Assembly (NCBI GenBank): GCA_021432655.1
Contig: MU271230.1
Span: 1-64,000, forward strand
DNA from: Atractiella rhizophila
Lineage: Eukaryota
Length of the DNA: 64,000 bases
Direction: 5' to 3'
A program made the translations under genes and the position numbers. The notes under the pieces are model-generated. The model saw nothing but the letters and a program-made list of their open reading frames with translations. It was not told the origin of the DNA and ran no database searches. This document shows, one piece after another, positions 12,791 through 25,875 of this stretch. Position 1 is the first letter of the stretch. Each line of letters opens with the position of its first letter.

Positions 12791-13330
12791 ATGGCACAGT
12801 CCGATTCATGCTCCGCCTGTGGAGCTACTGGATGAGACTCCCAACTCGTTCTCAACAGTCCACGACTGACGTCCTGCGGAGACAAAGAAATTGTAAGGGG
12901 GACTTGAGCACTCGTTTTGGTGGCCAGGTGAACCCTTAGATTAGAAGTTAGGAGGATAAGGATGCCACTATAGCATCCTGACATTCAAATAATGTTAACC
13001 AGCTATCTCGTTGCAAGATGTACAATAAAAAGATCTTTCACTCAGAGAATGTGAAGTCCTCTGCACTGTGAAGAGAAAATAAAAGACGGCATACAGATGA
13101 AAACAAAAAAAGGAGTCCCTCACATAAGTAGAATCAAATCTAAGCCTGGTCATTGCGCTCCGTTCATCCTCGTCCACATTCAAGTTTCCAGTCGATCAGG
13201 TGCTGCATCGTCATTCAGTTTGCCGTTTCGCTATTGAGGATAGATTTCGTAATGTGGAAGCAAGTGGGTAGGTTGAAGAGCCTGTTGGATTGACAGTTGA
13301 GTGGATGGGCCGCAAAAGCAGTCTAGTGAG

Positions 13331-13804
13331 TTATTGATTAACGAGTGTCACAGGAAGACTCACCTTCGCATTCACACACGTATTGATCCCTGCAATGCCA
13401 CTCAGCCCTTCACTACAATGGTCACCGCCTTCCATTCGAAATCTAGATCTTCTGTACCTTCTCGACGTCACGCCTACTATAGAACTTACATTGATGAAGG
13501 GGATTCGGTTGCTCTGCCCCATAGCGTGTGGCAGGGACTTGACCCTCTCTTGGTTCTCTGGCGCGATATCAGCCATGAGCACACCTGCAATGACACAGAA
13601 GATCTTGATTGCAGGTTGAAACTTCAAAAGCAAGTTGGATACCGTTTGAAGGGTACAAATCCGCAACGTGAAAGCACTTATGGAAAGGATGGAAAGGTGG
13701 AGGAACAGGAGTGCGGGAAGGAACAGGAGAGGGAGGACGAACCTGGATCGGTAACTCTCCACTCTGGCTCTCCGCCTACTCCAGCTTCCACAATTCTCCT
13801 GCAT
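13331..13804 (-). other. Possible small intron-containing gene or gene remnant with a hydrophobic, signal-like segment
   Basis: ORF contains FVLPLLFLPALLFLHLSILSISA; minus-strand GTAAGT/GTGAGT donor-like motifs; no recognisable domain. Confidence 0.2.
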
Positions 13805-14383
13805 TCTTCTACTCGATATAACCTCATAATCACGTCAGCCTTTCCTATCACAAGATCTAACTTCCCGCCTTCGGTGCGCTGGAGGTGAATTCATTCACCT
13901 TCTGTTCAGAAGTTCAAAACCCTCATCGGCGAGCTCCTCAATACATCCCTTCCCAAACGTCAACGCCTTCATCACCTCTCCACTCCATTCATCCTTCTTC
14001 CGGCCTCCCGTCACGCTGCTACGTCCGAATGATCAAGGGGACACGATACGACACGATACCCTGCTCCGCCGCGCCTATGTGCTTCTGTTGTCTTAGATGG
14101 AAGAGGTGCTTTGAGAGAATTCTCAGGCCGTGTTTGCAAAGGGAATGATTGGGGGTAGCTGGACTAGGAGATGCGAAGAGGAGGGGATGTTGGATGCCTT
14201 TTGGAGAGGATGAGGGGGACAATTGGAGAGTCTGCACCGGCCCATGTTGAGTGCACTTGCGCTGTCGCTAGAGCATTGGTGCTCCAAAGACTCTCGTTCA
14301 TCTGCAGGCAGTTGTTCCAATCAACCACCCCGAATGGTAGAGCATAAAAAACATCGTAAAGAAAGAATGAATGCAGAACTTAC

Positions 14384-14560
14384 CTCGGTTAATGACTTTA
14401 TGCGTCACACACTCCACCAGAACAGTCTTCCTAATTCCAGGTTCACCATGAGACCAGATTATTCTTCGCCCTCCTACTCAAAATCTCCTGATCCTATGCT
14501 CACTTCTAAGACCTCGTCCATCTTTCCCTCCACCGCAAGCGTGGCAATTCAACTGCATCT
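14384..14560 (-). pseudogene. HSP104: Hsp104/ClpB NBD1 gene fragment, frameshifted
   Basis: Hand translation across frameshifts gives EGKMDEV..ILSRRAKNNLV..GEPGIRKTVLVEC..VINR followed by a GTAAGT donor. This matches ClpB/Hsp104 [30 protein letters not shown]. Confidence 0.75.
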
Positions 14561-14712
14561 TCATGGAGAGCAATCGAACCTCGCCTTCCCGTCGTACTCT
14601 CCACCCCGCTGCCGCCTCTTCGAGCTTTCGCCACCATCTCCACCATCTCCACCATCTCCACCGCCTCCTTACTCCCTTTGCCTCTAGCCACATGTGATCG
14701 TCTGCGGTGAAC

Positions 14713-15381
14713 TGTGAGATACAATGGTCAATCCGCTCACATGCGGCAATACCTTCCTATTCTGGAAGCGGCTCCCGCCTAACTTGGAAGTGACATTGAC
14801 CACTGTATACCTCACAACTCCCCCGTCTCTCTACACCTCTCCTGTCGGCTCCAAGCGCGTACAATCGATCGGGAGAAGAAGGGAAGATAACCGCATGGTA
14901 TCTTAGCCTTATCCAGAAGCTGGAAGGCAAGATCCGTCGATTCCCTGGTGAGCCTCGTTTGATTCCCTTCAGCTTCCTCTTCGTTCCATGCTTTCAGATT
15001 ATTCTATATTTCTATCTACTTATGTATTACGGGTTTTCCCACGATGTTGTTTGATCTTTTATCCGATTCATTGGCCTATAAAAGAGGCCTCACTTGTTAA
15101 TGTAAATTCATCTTATTCCTCATCATCTTACTTCGCACTCATAGCAGAAAGCGCGGTAAGAATCGAGGTAAGTTCCCCGGGCCGTAGAAGCGCCCCTGTA
15201 AGATCCACTGTCTTATTTCTGAGACCAAATAGCTTGATAAGCGGCCCTGCACTTCACTGTGTGGCTAGCATAAGCTGGTTCCTGTCTTTCCTTTTCGTTT
15301 AAGCTCTCATTCATTGATTGAGCATCCTAGTTCTCGCTCTAATCGAGCTAAAGGAACTCGCTTTTGCAGTAGAGTCTCACA
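14713..15381. mobile_element. Solo LTR of a third family
   Basis: TGTGAGA...TCTCACA ends, near-perfect TSD TGAAC/TGAGC, internal TATAAAAG. Absent from the paralogous site near 28455-28500. Confidence 0.75.
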
Positions 15382-15699
15382 TGAGCTGTGATCTCGCTGA
15401 CTCGCTTGAGAGTGGCGGAGAATGGCGACAAAAGAAGAACCCTCTCCTTCAGCTGTACTTGAGCTTGAGTCAGGTGTACGGGAAGGGGATGGAAGCCGGA
15501 GGAAGAACGAGGCAACGGGGAGATGAATGAGTGGCTAGAAAGCGGCGAAGAACATCGATTACGTCACTCAATGGGAAGTCAAGGTCGGGAACGTGGGAGT
15601 GCTAAACGATGACATTCGGGATACGGTACGGGCTGTTCTTTCAACGGCACTCCCTTCTCATGTTTCATCCACTTTGTCCGGCTAGGTCCACCACCGCTC

Positions 15700-17420
15700 C
15701 ACACGTCGCATCCTCGACCGTCTCAACCATTCCACCTCCTCTACTTCCACAACCCAGAGCTGCCCTTTATCCCTCCCCTCCCCCCACACTTCCCGATCCG
15801 AAACCACTCTCCCCGCACAAGTACGACTACTCTTCGACTCTTCACTTGCTCACCCATCTCTCCCTCAAATTTCATCCCGCTCCCCGCCCTCTCCAGCTTC
15901 GTCGTCGCTGCACTTTCGCTTTGATGTACCATCGCCACCAGACGCAGCGCATAGCTGCTAACGCGCGTTCGAAGCAGACTCACTCGTACTTCACAAGAAC
16001 GAATAAAACATCTTCCTCTTCCGTCTTCTGTCCGCCCCATCCTTCCATTTTATCCAACCCGGATATGGCAGAGCAGCTGGAGTAGCCCCACAGACAGGTC
16101 GGTCGGAGGATGCCGCAGAGGGAGGACAAGGAGGGACAGGGAAGGAGATGGATTGGTCGAGGTTGGGGGGAGAGGATTTGTTTTAAGCAGTATGCATATG
16201 TTGAGGACGAGAACCGTGAGCACGGTAGGAGTGAGGAGCGGTGGGGAGGAGTGGGAAACAAATCACCACTTACTATCTGCGCTTTTGCCTGCGTGAATGG
16301 CTAGCCAATCAACGAGTTCTCTGCAGGAGCTGGCATGGACGACTCCATCTTCTCAACCATCTTGTCCCTCCGAAATCGTGCCCCTCACCTCTGCTCTCTC
16401 CCCTCCTTCCGCTTGACAACGCGTCCAGTGAGCTATCCTTTGCCTTCGTCATTCACCTCTCCGACTTCTCCTCGCCGGTTCGCTGGTACAACTTGAGAAT
16501 AGTCGAGGAAAAGGAGGCACACCTCCTCATTCTCCAATGTCTTGGAGTGGTGACGGGCAAGATTCCGGAATTGAAGAGGTGGAAGGGATTGATGGAAAGC
16601 CGGAGCAGACCCCGAGATGGAGATCTGATGTCGAAGGAAAGGCTGGATGAGAGGATTAGGAAGATTGAGGAGGTTCCTGAGCAGGAGATGTTGTCGAGTT
16701 GGCTGGCAGTATCGGAGAGAGCTGGTGCAGCATCGGTGCTACTTCTTTCGGAACAAGGACTACCAGCGAGAGTGAGGGGATGAGACAAGGACTGAGTGCT
16801 CAGTGGTTGCCGATTAATGATGGGGAGATGGAGCTGGGAGGGTTATGCTTGACGTGACGTTGGTGTCCGTCTTTCTTACTTTACATTCTTTTCTCTCCAC
16901 AACGCTAATGCCATGTCATGCGCGATGGAGCAGGAAGCAGCTGTGCGACAATGTCGAAGATCTGTGACCTTATCCAAAGTGAAACGACTCGCAGAAGCAG
17001 TGCTGGATGTCCACAGAATATTCACAAAGGGTATCGAGAGATGGAAATCCTGGTTTGTACACGTTCCATTCCGAAGACAAATTGATATTGACGGCGGCGG
17101 CTAGACTCAGACTCTGCACAACTGACCATCCGGAGGTGATTTGAAAGATGGAACGCTTTCCGCTTTCACTTGCCCTTGAAGCTTCAAGCATTGATCGCGT
17201 ATCAAAGCATATCAATGCACCAAAATCCCGTGAGCAAACCATCCCATCAGAACACACTTTGCAATGGTCTCCTCATTATCACTGTGGGAAGCCATAGAAC
17301 ACTTCACCTTCTCCAGGGCCAACTCGGTATTGTCAGCCATTTTGTCAGAGTGTCATCTTTCGCGGGATTGTCGTCTTCTTATCCAGGTCTGCATTGCTGT
17401 TGCGCTGCCACCATATAGAT
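15700..17420 (-). pseudogene. Gene X copy 2 (3'-truncated subtype)
   Basis: Homologous to the other X copies; peptide remnant IFQITSGWSVVQSLSLAAAVNINLS. Boundaries approximate. Confidence 0.5.
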
Positions 17421-19435
17421 TCGGAAACTGACGTTCCGCGTATTAGGAACATCTGTCGATGACGGTCCTCCTCTATCTTCCTCCATCCTGATACCACTTC
17501 ATCCACCGCCGTCAAAAGGTCACACAATCCAAATCTCCCGCATGTCCTTCGCCGACCCATTCCGCTCACCCTCTGACCGCCTCCGACATACACAGCAGGT
17601 CCTAAACCGACGCCGCAGAACTAGCAGAAGCCAGGCACCTACGTTAGCCACTCCAAACCATCCGATTGTCCCACCAACAAGTACGCAGCGCTCCAAGACT
17701 GAATCCCTTCCGCTTAGGAGCCCTCCATACCCTCCAACTCTACTCCGGTACTCCGCCTCCAGAGGTTTCGTAAGAAGGGGCAGACGTGATACTGTTACGA
17801 ATGAAGGAACGGGACATCATGGTTCTCAACTTAATTGTGGGATCAATGGGCCAATCAGAGGGAGACCTTTCTGGATGCTGCTGGCAGCATCACTCTCGTC
17901 CCTCCACGGACTTACAAACCCAGAGTCATGGCAGTAAGCAGCTTGAGGTCCATAATGGGTTCTGTAACAATGATATCGATAAAGGGGGATGAAATATGAG
18001 TGGACGGTCATTGGAAACTTCTTTTTGCAGAGGTGGATGGAAGAGGATTGTGTGGAATGGCTTTGGAGGACGGTTCGAAAATGCCTTATCACTTAAAGAC
18101 CTCAGCATATCAACCTCAGCCCTCGCTCCCATCCTATGTCCTACCAAAAGGCAGCCGAGGCTGACGCATAGCATGTTGTCAGAATGGATCATCGCCAGCG
18201 TGTTCCTCGTCACCATTGGACTGCTCACCATTTACTGAGGCATCATCGATGACCTCACGCTGTTTGAGAATAGGGTCAGAAGTACATTCTCTTTCATCCT
18301 TGGAAAGAATCTTGGGATAGTCGCTGATTGTTTGTCTCTCCCAGTCATCGAGGTGGGAAACAGATACTTATTTCCTTTCGAATGGCCTCATCACTTCCTG
18401 ACTTGATGCGAGGCAGAAGATGAGCTTGGAGTCATCTCGATCGGGCGAGTCCTTCCTCCTCTCCTTCGACGAATGACCGCCGTTTGAGACAGCAGCAAAA
18501 CCTCACAATCCTGTATAGTCTTACAGCTCACTCTCTCAGGACAGGAAGAGGGACGTGCGCGAAGGAGAAAGATGACTGAGCTGGTCATGTAAGGTATTGT
18601 AGTTCGAACGTGAAATGAAGGATGATGAGAGATGAAGTGTAGGATGACAAAAGTGATAAAGGATACTGAGTAGTTAGGGACACATAGCTGAAGGCGAAGG
18701 GGAAGTCAGAGAAACGTAGATGGAAAAGGGAGCAATTTGCTGGATGTCATTCGTGAGTAATTCAGACTACAATATCTTGCGAACATATTTTTCTCAAACC
18801 CGAACTGAGACTATTTCCTCTTCAAGGCCGTCTTCTACTCTGCCAAATGGCGCGAACCTCCTCTCTCCTCTTGTCCTCTGCTTGGCCTTCTATGAGAGAA
18901 CCACCGCATTCGTTATCATGTTCACTCCCTCCTCCAGCAATTGTGAACTAAGTCAGCTGGTCATTGCAGTGTGGGAAAGCGACGCAAGAGTATCAAACCA
19001 AGGTGATCACGACTGGAGATACAGAACCTTTGGAGCCAGCCAGTCCAACGTCCGTTCCCCACATCCACCGCTTGAATCACTTCATTCCTTCTCAGAGTCA
19101 CCTGCGGCACACGCCATCTTGAAAACATGTCGTCGTCCTCCTGAAGTCCAAGTTTTCCGCTTGAATAACAACGCCGTTCTATCACCAACAAACGATCCAT
19201 TCTCCCTAGAACTTGTCCATCTGGGTAGTCTCGAGCTCGGTAGATCTTTGTCGTCAAATCATGGTCTCAGTTGGCAGGACGGAAAGCAAGATGAGAAGCA
19301 AGATGAGAAGAATGATTTGGAAGAGAACGCTGACGATCAGGATGGCAAGGTCTTATGATGCGATTAAGGCACAATTTATTCTTCACCTTCAGCTTTCTTC
19401 TTCTCTTCTAACGTGGGGTATGGGGGTAGTCTGCC

Positions 19436-21091
19436 ATGTCTTCTCAAAAGATGAAGGCACTGGTCCATTTCATCACCCCAGAGTATCCAAGTCCGATCTG
19501 CCTCTCCATTCTTCCGTCTTTCCTATCTCGCCTGCCTCCGTCAGCTCACACGCTCCGGATTTCGTTTGTCCTTTCTCGTTCAATCAACTGGACTCGGCGA
19601 GTGCCCTCAACATTGTCCAATTTATCACTTCAACGGGTCGAGAATGCGGTTGACAAGGATGGTGCAATCAATCTTCGCGTTATTGTCAACGGCAAAAATG
19701 TCACAGCAACCTTTTTGGACGTTGAAGGGCAGCTGTCGGCCGTCAAAAGAGGTATAAGAGCTTTGCGTGATTCACATGGCGACCAGTATCGTTATTCTTG
19801 CATGTTTCCTCGTGTTCGCGAGAATGCTATATTCGCCCCCATAGCCACAAATTCCGAAGGGTGCTTCGTCCCCGTCACTGGCGACGATTCGTCATGCTTC
19901 CCGTCCCTCGGGGCAGCCAGTATCATCCAGCTTTCTTTTCCACCTCCACATATTACTTCATGCTCAATCTCATCCTTGCCTGTGGAGCTCCTCTCTCTCA
20001 TATTCAGTTTCTTCGACGATGTTTCCACCCTTTCTGATGTATGCAAGCTCTGGAAGGCAGTTGCAGTTCCCTACTGGCGTGAACCTGATTCTGTGGAGGA
20101 AAAGTATGAGTTGTTGAAAAGCTATCCTGGTGCGGGACGACTGTGGGAAGGACTGAGATTTGACAAAAGTATGGATGTCGGGATGGTGAAGGAGGTCATT
20201 GCAGGCTCACCGAATGTCATGAGAGTGCGGATGGGCGCATTTTGGAATGAAGAGGAGGTGAAGATTGTGTTGAATGCAATTGAAGGCTTGAAACGGGTGG
20301 ATGACGTCACGTTTGGATATTGGGGTTGGAGAAATTGGGGGAAGGAGGAGATCGAGAACTTTATGCGAAGGATGGGTGACAGGATCAGACGGCTCGCAGT
20401 TTTTCTCGTGGAAGACTCTCCCATTTCAGCCTCAGAAGGCCTTCACTTATCTTCTCGCCTCGAACACCTGGGCCTTTACAAGTACCCGCCTCTCCCATCC
20501 CTCTCCCTCCCACACACCCTCGAGCACCTCGAACTCTGGAAGGTGTGTCCACTCCCTTCCTCCATCTCAGACTACCCTCTCCCGCCTCTTCTAGAATATC
20601 TCCGGATCGAGCTAGTCCCCTTCTCTGCTGACGGAAAGACCTCCGTCCTACCCACTCCGTTTGACCTATCACACCTCACGTGCCTCACCGTGCTGATCCT
20701 CGACGGCGGCGAAGAAACGTCAAACCTCGTTTCCCACGAGTTCTTCAGCACCCTCAAAAATGCAAAGGCGATCGAGAAGATAACAGTCAAGTACTGTGTG
20801 GTGGACTCGTCCGACTGCCCAGACTTCATCCACTGGTTCTTTGGGGATTGGCAGGTGAGGGGGATTGAAAAGGGGGATCGAGTTGATGGAGCGGAGATAG
20901 GGAAACATCTTGAGGTTCGTTTATTCTTTGGAGAGTGGAGCGAGGTGGAGATTGTGATTGCGAGGAGTATGATGGGAAAGTATCCAAGGAGCAAGATGTC
21001 AGGTATTCGGGGCAAGACGACAGGTATTTGGGAGCCTGGGGAGGCAATGAGTAGTGTAGAAGGCACAATCCGACCCAGGCTACACCTCTGA
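19436..21091 (+). CDS. F2: F-box-like + LRR-like protein
   Basis: 551-aa ORF; F-box SLPVELLSLIFSFF..LSDVCKLW; N-terminal third nearly identical to F1. Confidence 0.85.
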   Translation: MSSQKMKALVHFITPEYPSPICLSILPSFLSRLPPSAHTLRISFVLSRSINWTRRVPSTLSNLSLQRVENAVDKDGAINLRVIVNGKNVTATFLDVEGQLSAVKRGIRALRDSHGDQYRYSCMFPRVRENAIFAPIATNSEGCFVPVTGDDSSCFPSLGAASIIQLSFPPPHITSCSISSLPVELLSLIFSFFDDVSTLSDVCKLWKAVAVPYWREPDSVEEKYELLKSYPGAGRLWEGLRFDKSMDVGMVKEVIAGSPNVMRVRMGAFWNEEEVKIVLNAIEGLKRVDDVTFGYWGWRNWGKEEIENFMRRMGDRIRRLAVFLVEDSPISASEGLHLSSRLEHLGLYKYPPLPSLSLPHTLEHLELWKVCPLPSSISDYPLPPLLEYLRIELVPFSADGKTSVLPTPFDLSHLTCLTVLILDGGEETSNLVSHEFFSTLKNAKAIEKITVKYCVVDSSDCPDFIHWFFGDWQVRGIEKGDRVDGAEIGKHLEVRLFFGEWSEVEIVIARSMMGKYPRSKMSGIRGKTTGIWEPGEAMSSVEGTIRPRLHL

Positions 21092-21989
21092 AACTACTGG
21101 ATCAGACTCCCGACTCTCGCATCGCTCTCATCACCCCACGGCGGCAGGACATACGTGCAAACGCACAGAATTTGCCAGGGGGACTCAACCACTTGTTTTG
21201 CTAGCCAGGTCCAACGCTTAGATTGAGAGGTAGGACAATGCCACTTGCGCTGAGACATCAAGTCCGTTACTCTCATGTTCAAACAAGATTAGATTTGTTG
21301 AGTAAATGTTCTTTTGACAGCAACCGTGAATAAAAAATGGCTTTGTATGATCAGTGCGAAGCCGAGTCCCGGAATTGACAGATGGGAAGGTGGCAAGATA
21401 GGAGGCAAGGACCAAAGTGCGAAGGTTCCAATCCACGTTGCATATTTGCACACGCTATAATGCGAATGAAGTCCTCTGCACCCTGAATGTCAGAGTACAA
21501 GTTGCAAGTATCTTCGTGCATTTGAGGCAACTGTTGGACCGATCTGCAGACAAAAACGAGAACAGGAGGCATTTCACACACAATCCCCAAAGCTTCCTTT
21601 CGATGGTTCGCTTCTTCAATGTCCATTTCGCCACATCTATCTTCGTCCACATCCATTTCTGAAGGAGAATGGAGATCTCGACTCGATGGGCCGTGGCGTC
21701 GCATGGCACATGCTCTTTCACCATCCAGGAGTGGCACGTCAATGAGGAAGGGAGGAGATTGAGGAGCTCGTTTTGTATCGAACAGCTGCGCGGACTAGCC
21801 ATAAAGCAGTCTATTTTACATATTGAACGAAAGGGAAAAATTTGAAGATGCACACGTTTGAACCGTGCATATCGACATTTCTGCGATGGTCAGGTTATTC
21901 CTCTGTAAGTCGGTTCCACGATCGTCAGTTTTTATTGCTGACTTGAGATACCAAAGTTTCACGACTTCTGTCTGGATATGCAGACTAAA

Positions 21990-24480
21990 ACAGACCCGAC
22001 CACGTCTTCTGTGGTAGGACTTCGGCGTAAAAGACTATTATAGAGTCGATGTACATAGTTGCACACAGACGAAATCGCGTCTAAAGAGCCTTACTCACTT
22101 CTTCTTCTTCATGGTCTTATCAATAACCTCCGCCATCAGACCTTGGCCAACAACACTCATACCAGCACCATAAACTCGAAGAGACGACGTACTAGGTGCG
22201 AGACTCTGCTTGAGCTACTCTACCTTCCCGGCATCAGCAAGCACGAGGGCGTAAAGGTATTTTGAGCATCGGATCGTGATCTCGATGACGGGTTGAGCGG
22301 AATGAGTGCTTTGGATTTCTTGGTGGGAGACGCGACTGAAGGTTGTTTCCTTTGTGTCAGGATGTGTACGCTTCATGCGAGTGGCTGCATTGTGGTGTCA
22401 GCCTTTGTATGAGTAAGTGGGGGGAGGAAAGGAAGGTGGCCTTTGGCAGTAGGAGCATGTACTCGGATTCCCATACCTATAAAACGTCAAACAGGGGCTG
22501 CTTGAGGGCTTTAATTCACCTTCATCACCAATCTGCTGTCAAAACCGATAAGAGAGCAGAAGACTTACAGGGTAGCTTGGAGCACGTGCACAATCTTCAA
22601 AGGGTAGATACTTGTCTACTCCTGATTACTTCTCCTGCATTAACCAGCTTGTCATCCGCATGATGACCACGAAGCTTGGAAGTCGATGATCGGTGGAATG
22701 CGGCGGCTAACTTTGCGGAGTGCTGGAGCAGCGATCGACGACGTCGTTCACGTTGGAGCGCAAGTGCCAGGTATGCGACGCATTACTCTTCCTCAACCTC
22801 AGCACCCAGCCCGTTCTTTCATTCTAACCTTGCCCGGCTACTGCTCGTAGTGCTCCACCATCCCCTGAACCCATGACGCGTACCTCGACCGCCCAACAGC
22901 GCCGCTGTTCCATGACAGCCATCCCTCTCCTTCCCCACCCAAAGCTCCTCACTGGCATCCCCCCACCTCCCAATCCCAACGACTCGCACCCCGCACAAGA
23001 ACTCTTCGACAATCTTCCAAGCCACAACCCTCCACGCACAAGTTTCATCTCCACCTCCGCTTCTGCCTCTGCTCCTGCCTTCGCTTTCGGCTTGACGGAC
23101 CACTACACGACGTACCAGAACCTCCCAACACGCGTTCGAAAGCAGACGCACTCGTGCCGCTCTCAGTGAATACGCGTCGTCCCTATCTTCTCTCTCCTTC
23201 TTCCTTCGGTGTATCTAGACCATCCAGTGGCTGGAGTAGTCCAGAGAGAGGTTGATGGGGAAGGCCGCAGAGGAGGACATAGAGGGTGACCAGTTGATCG
23301 AGGTGGGTTTGGTGATGGAGAAAGCGTAGAGAGCGGGTGAGGAGGATTTGTTTCAAGGCACTTACATATTCTGAGGAGGAAGAGGCGAGGACGAAGCGGC
23401 AGGAGCGGTGGAGAGGGGTCGAAAACACATCCACCACCTACCTACCGTTTGTCTACTCTTCCTCCTGCCGGACATCATGTAACCATTCTACGGGCTCTCT
23501 GGAGGACATTAGGATGGACGACTTACCTCCTCTCAACCTTCTTGTATGCCGCAAATCCTGTCCCTCCCTCTGCTCCCCCCTCGTTTCGCTTCGTCAACGT
23601 CGCGGGAATGCGTCGAGTGACCAATCATTCGCCTGCGCCATTCATCACCCATTTCCCCCGCCGGCTCGCTGGAACCACTTGGAATATTCAGGAAAGGGCA
23701 CGCTTCTTCATTCTCTAACGTCTTTGTTAGGAGAGGAGGAGAATGGATGGAAAGTGGGAGCAGACGTAGAGATGGAGTGCGCTGAAGAGTATGCGCAAGG
23801 ATTGAAGAAGGGTGTCGAGGAGGAAAGGCCGCGAGATGGGAGGGCAGCATATGAGTGAGGGCTTCTTGTGGAATGAGGTGACCATGTTGTCTGTCTTCCC
23901 TACTTTCGCATTATTTACTCTGCACAGCGCTGATTCCTTGTGACGTGATGGAGCAGCAAGCAAAGAGTGGGACATCGTCGAGGCTCCGCCATGCTGTCCA
24001 ACCTGGGACTGGGATAACTCGCACATTCTTGTCAGCAGTGCTAGCAGCCCACAGAATATTCACATCTGTGGTAAAGCGAGGGTATCAAGCGACGAAACCA
24101 TAGTTGGTATTCCTTCCTCTCCTAACACGAAGGGAGATGGACGATGATGGCTAGACTCAGACGCTCGAGAAACCAGTCATTAGCACACGTTATACTTCCC
24201 GCTGCCCGTCAAGCTTCAAACGTTCTCGCATATCGACGAATATCAACACACGTAACTCTCCATCCTCTGACAATCTTATTTGAATGACGGACTTGCCGAG
24301 CACGCGAAGTTTAGTAGCTCGCAAAGATCCCATCACTATCACTGTGCGATGGAACTTCTCCTCTTCAGCCCCAACTGGCTTTGTTAGCCGTTTGTCGGAG
24401 GGTCATCTTTCGCAGGATGTAGTATTCCTCTTCAGGTCTGCATCGATGCTGTTCCGCTACTAGATGGATTCGGAAACTGA
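21990..24480 (-). pseudogene. Gene X copy 3
   Basis: Homologous to 58060-60660; remnants DVFSTPLHRS..SSSEY..LKQIL and TKTLENEEACP. Boundaries approximate. Confidence 0.5.
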
Positions 24481-25875
24481 CGTTGCATATTTGAGACAGC
24501 TTTTGACGACTCCTCTGTGCTCCTCACTCCGACTACTCTTCTATTCACAGCCATCTATCTCAGGTACGGACCATAATCAAATATCTTAACAATCCCAATT
24601 CCCCTTACTCCCTTTGCCGACCCCTTCCCATCACCCTGCAACCCCTCCTACATCGTCCATGGCCTCACAAGGTTCAGGGACAGAGTCAAAAAGTCCGTTC
24701 TCCTTCGCTTTTCACAAGAATCCCAGGGTATTAGCTGATCGTTCTATACTCCCAGTCCCCGAAACGAGAAACATTCTTCCATTCGAACGACTACATTGGC
24801 TTGATGTGAGGAAGAAGACGAGTTTGAAGCCGCCTCGATTGAACCACGTCCTTCTTCCTTCAACGAACGATCGCCCTCTGAGATGGCAACAAGTGCAATT
24901 CCTCAGAATCCTTGCTCATCGGCTTCAGGGTGGGAAGCAGGAAAGGGAACAGGAATCTCCGTCTCCACATAAGGCAAATGAGGTCGGACCTGAATGAGGG
25001 AGGATGACGGAGGGGAGGAAGACGCAAGTGATGGAGGAATATAGTTTAGTAGCGACGGGTGCAGGGTGGTTGACAGGGAAGCTGAAGGAGGAGAAAGGGG
25101 AGAGTGAAACAGGTGCACTTTGGTGATTGTCATTTGTGAGTTTTTCACACGCCAATATTTCCGCGCACACTTCTCTCAAACTGACATTCTCTCCTTCATT
25201 TACGGACGTCTCCGAGTCTCTCCGGTTGTCCTCCACGAGTGGATCATCTATCCGCGAGGAAACAATGGTAGCTTTCATAGTTATAATCCGTACCACCTCG
25301 AACAAATTGTCAACTACGCATGGTCTTTGGAACGTGGGAAAGTGGAACGTGGGAAAGGGGATGGAGGATTATCAAACCGTGATATTCACAACTGCAGCTA
25401 CGGACTCTTTCAGCGTGGTAGTTTCAAGCTCTGTTCCCCACATCCTCTGCTTCATCCCTTCATTGATTTACAGAGAGTTAATTCTTGCCCAAGGTGACCC
25501 AAACATCAAACAGCCTCCTTGTGATCCGAGATCTCCACATCAATAAAGCACTTCCATTCCAAACAACGAAACACACCATAGATCTCCCTATCTTCACTCG
25601 TCCTCCCACGAACCGCTCATCCAGGCAGTTTCGCCGCTCACAGTTTGGGACCTCGGTTCAACTTTTCGTCAGTCCTCCAGTTTCAACCGCGTCAAGAGAG
25701 AAGAGAGAGGAGGACGGTGTCTACTGATGCGGCGATTCAGGCACTATTCCATCTCCACCCTTGGCTTTCAGTTTCTGATCTGACGTACATGGAAACTAGG
25801 CTGCTCTATTTGCTCAAAAGTTGACCGAGTAGCAAGCATCCAGCTTTGTGCCATAGTTCTCCAGAACCAGACTCG

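Noticed and set aside
13440..13600. Resemblance of KSLPHAMGQSNRIPFINVSSIVG to AAA-ATPase sequence after Walker A
   Set aside because: No Walker A motif, and the similarity runs through a likely intron donor; too weak.
14631..14665. (CCACCATCT)3 microrepeat
   Set aside because: Ordinary slippage repeat.
17540..18600. Unique ~1-kb segment in the X2-F2 spacer
   Set aside because: Only short ORFs, with no termini or motif that I could assign.
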